Of a stretch of DNA of 24,416 nucleotides, positions 21,601 to 24,416 are shown one piece after another (within the stretch, counting starts at the first letter, position 1; each line of letters begins with the position of its first letter). A program made the position numbers and the translations under genes. The notes under the pieces are model-generated. The model did no database searches. It saw only the letters and a list, made by a program, of their open reading frames with translations, and was not told where the DNA came from. The stretch comes from Moniliella sp. 'wahieum' (Eukaryota): contig RSEE01000036.1 in assembly GCA_003971905.1 (NCBI GenBank), positions 620,001 through 644,416 on the forward strand. Reading direction: 5' to 3'.

Positions 21601-24416
21601 GTAGCCCTACCGATAGTACCCAGGTGGATGTGACCATGCCAACTTGGGTCTCATCCGTTCCAGCCCCCACTTCCCACAGCAGTAGTCCCAGTCCAGGAGA
21701 TGACCTGGGGCTATTCAGATCCAGGATCACCTTGTAGAATCTAGTACCTGTCATAGGAGGGACGTGGGTGACAGGCATCACCGGTCACCGTACATCGTTG
21801 AGTGAACATCACCCTTCCCCCGACCCCTGGACTGAATCGAAGTACCTTGGTGTGTAGAGCTGGGTCAGGAGAAGCGATAGCACCGGTCCGGATCTCGATC
21901 CGACCAATACTGACCGAGTACCATCCGTGGAAAGTCTGACCGGTGACATCACCTCACTCTACGACCTGCAGGCTCAAACCTCGACCTATTCCAGATCTGT
22001 TTCGTGCAGCCTCTAGTCCTGACCGAGGTCTAGAGGCTCTGGTAGTTTCATTCCGGTCGGACCAATATTGACGGACCGAGGTGGAGTTGAACCTGGGGTA
22101 CGACCTGATACTTACAAGGGCATGCCCACCCCACCCATTCAGGGTTGAGACAACTTTGACTGGCAGACCGGGGGAGTGAGTTTTTTTGAATAGCCCCAGG
22201 CCGTAGCTTTCCAACGATCCCACTCTCACTCCGATCTGACGCCTGGTCTTGCGTCGCGTGGGCACCCTAGCGTAGCCCTACCGATAGTACCCAGGGTGGA
22301 TGTGACCATGCCAACTTGGGGTCTCATCCGTTCCAGCCCCCACTTCCCACAGCAGTAGTCCCAGTCCAGGAGATGACCTGGGGCTATTCAGATCCAGGAT
22401 CACCTTGTAGAATCTAGTACCTGTCATAGGAGGGACGTGGGTGACAGGCATCACCGGTCACCGTACATCGTTGAGTGAACATCACCCTTCAACCCACCCC
22501 GACCCCTGGACTGAATCGAAGTACCTTGGTGTGTAGAGCTGGGTCAGGAGAAGCGATAGCACCGGTCCGGATCTCGATCCGACCAATACTGACCGATACC
22601 ATCCGTGGAAAGTCTGACCGGTGACATCACCCTCTACTCGACCTGCAGGGCTCAAACCTCGACCTATTCCAGATCTGTTTCGTGCAGCCTCTAGTCCTGA
22701 CCGAGGTCTAGAGGCTCTGGTAGTTTCATTCCGGTCGGACCAATATTGACGGACCGAGGTGGAGTTGAACCTGGGGTACGACCTGATACTTACAAGGGCA
22801 TGCCCACCCCACCCATTCAGGGTTGAGACAACTTTTGACTGGCAGACCGGGGGAGTGAGTTTTTTTGAATAGCCCCAGGCCGTAGCTTTCCAACGATCCC
22901 ACTCTCACTCCGATCTGACGCCTGGTCTTGCGTCGCGTGGGCACCCTAGCGTAGCCCTACCGATAGTACCCAGGGTGGATGTGACCATGCCAACTTGGGG
23001 TCTCATCCGTTCCAGCCCCCACTTCCCACAGCAGTAGTCCCAGTCCAGGAGATGACCTGGGGCTATTCAGATCCAGGATCACCTTGTAGAATCTAGTACC
23101 TGTCATAGGAGGGACGTGGGTGACAGGCATCACCGGTCACCGTACATCGTTGAGTGAACATCACCCTTCAACCCCGACCCCTGGACTGAATCGAAGTACC
23201 TTGGTGTGTAGAGCTGGGTCAGGAGAAGCGATAGCACCGGTCCGGATCTCGATCCGACCAATACTGACCGAGTACCATCCGTGGAAAGTCTGACCGGTGA
23301 CATCACCCTCTACTCGACCTGCAGGGCTCAAACCTCGACCTATTCCAGATCTGTTTCGTGCAGCCTCTAGTCCTGACCGAGGTCTAGAGGCTCTGGTAGT
23401 TTCATTCCGGTCGGACCAATATTGACGGACCGAGGTGGAGTTGAACCTGGGGTACGACCTGATACTTACAAGGGCATGCCCACCCCACCCATTCAGGGTT
23501 GAGACAACTTTTGACTGGCAGACCGGGGGAGTGAGTTTTTTTGAATAGCCCCAGGCCGTAGCTTTCCAACGATCCCACTCTCACTCCGATCTGACGCCTG
23601 GTCTTGCGTCGCGTGGGCACCCTAGCGTAGCCCTACCGATAGTAACCCAGGGTGGATGTGACCATGCCAACTTGGGGTCTCATCCGTTCCAGCCCCCACT
23701 TCCCACAGCATAGTCCCAGTCCAGGAGATGACCTGGGGCTATTCAGATCCAGGATCACCTTGTAGAATCTAGTACCTGTCATAGGAGGGACGTGGGTGAC
23801 AGGCATCACCGGTCACCGTACATCGTTGAGTGAACATCACACCTTCAACCACACCCCCCGACCCCTGGACTGAATCGAAGTACCTTTGTGTAGAGCTGGG
23901 TCAGGAGAAGCGATAGCCACCGGCCGGATCTCGATCCGACAATACTGACCGAGTACCATCCGTGGAAAGTCTGACCGGTGACATCACCCTCTACTCGACC
24001 TGCAGGGCTCAAACCTCGACCTATTCCAGATCTGTTTCGTTGCAGCCTCTAGTCCTGACCGAGGTCTAGAGGCTCTGGTAGTTTCATTCCGGTCGGACCA
24101 TAATTGACGGACCGAGGTGGAGTTGAACCTGGGGTACGACCTGATACAAGGGCATGCCACCCCACCCATTCAGGGTTGAGACAACTTTTGACTGGCAGAC
24201 CGGGGGAGTGAGTTTTTTGAAGCCCCCGGCCGTAGCTTTCCAACGATCCCACTCTCACTCCGATCTGACGCCTGGTCTTGCGTCGCGTGGCACCCTAGCG
24301 TAGCCCTACCGATAGTACCCAGGGTGGATGTGACCATGCAACTTGGGGTCTCATCCGTTCCAGCCCCCACTTCCCACAGCAGTAGTCCCAGTCCAGGAGA
24401 TGACCTGGGGCTATTC

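Larger units (their letters stand above)
6637..24416. repeat. Head-to-tail tandem array of a 676-bp monomer; 26 complete copies plus ~270 bp; runs off the window end
   Basis: ACTTACAAGGGCATGCCC (or an indel variant) recurs 27 times (6637, 7308, 7980 ... 16712, 17388, 18064, 18740, 19416 ... 22788, 23464, ~24145). Central spacings are exactly 676. The same ORF-track peptide recurs at 676-bp steps (16650, 17326, 18002, 18678, 19354). Confidence 0.99.

Noticed and set aside
6637..24416. Repeated minus-strand ORFs (MPTRRKTRRQ..., ...NETTRASRPRSG..., MMPVTHVPP...) as protein genes
   Set aside because: No recognisable domain and mostly non-ATG starts. Longer versions arise only where indels fuse frames. 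The unit is 3n+1 long but has stops, so there is no endless ORF.
6637..24416. CRISPR array
   Set aside because: Whole 676-bp units are identical with no unique spacers, there are no cas genes, and the context is eukaryotic.
6637..24416. Intact rDNA, 5S, tRNA or snRNA gene array
   Set aside because: No 18S/5.8S/28S motifs or cloverleaf seen. The 5S-like motifs have wrong spacing and no clear box A. ATACTTAC matches only the first 8 nt of U1 snRNA and is not followed by CTGG.

Overview
Eukaryotic, fungal-type (probably basidiomycete) GC-rich DNA in three zones. (1) 1-3441 holds two host genes: an APC/C activator of the Cdh1/Fzr1 family (C-box DRFIPTR, WD40 repeats, RVL motif, terminal LR, one clear intron, probable indel errors) and an intron-containing gene for a ~84-aa Tyr/Ser/Asn/Gly-rich protein. 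(2) ~4190-6640 is a three-layer nest of Ty3/gypsy-type LTR retroelements. A decayed gag-protease relic is interrupted by the 3' end of a chromovirus (integrase, chromodomain, PPT, 181-bp LTR). The integrase of that chromovirus is in turn cut at 5874/5875 by a second ~765-bp LTR-like sequence. (3) 6637 to the window end is a head-to-tail array of a 676-bp monomer (26 complete copies plus a partial one, >17.7 kb). It is almost perfectly homogeneous, apparently non-coding, rich in inverted repeats, and begins exactly at the edge of the second LTR. The monomer shares a 16/19 motif with that LTR and carries collinear 5S-rRNA-like motifs and a T7 run. The best candidate for something new is this LTR-anchored, structured satellite (a tandem TRIM/Cassandra- or retrozyme-like system, or a nascent centromeric satellite). 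Function is inferred, not shown.
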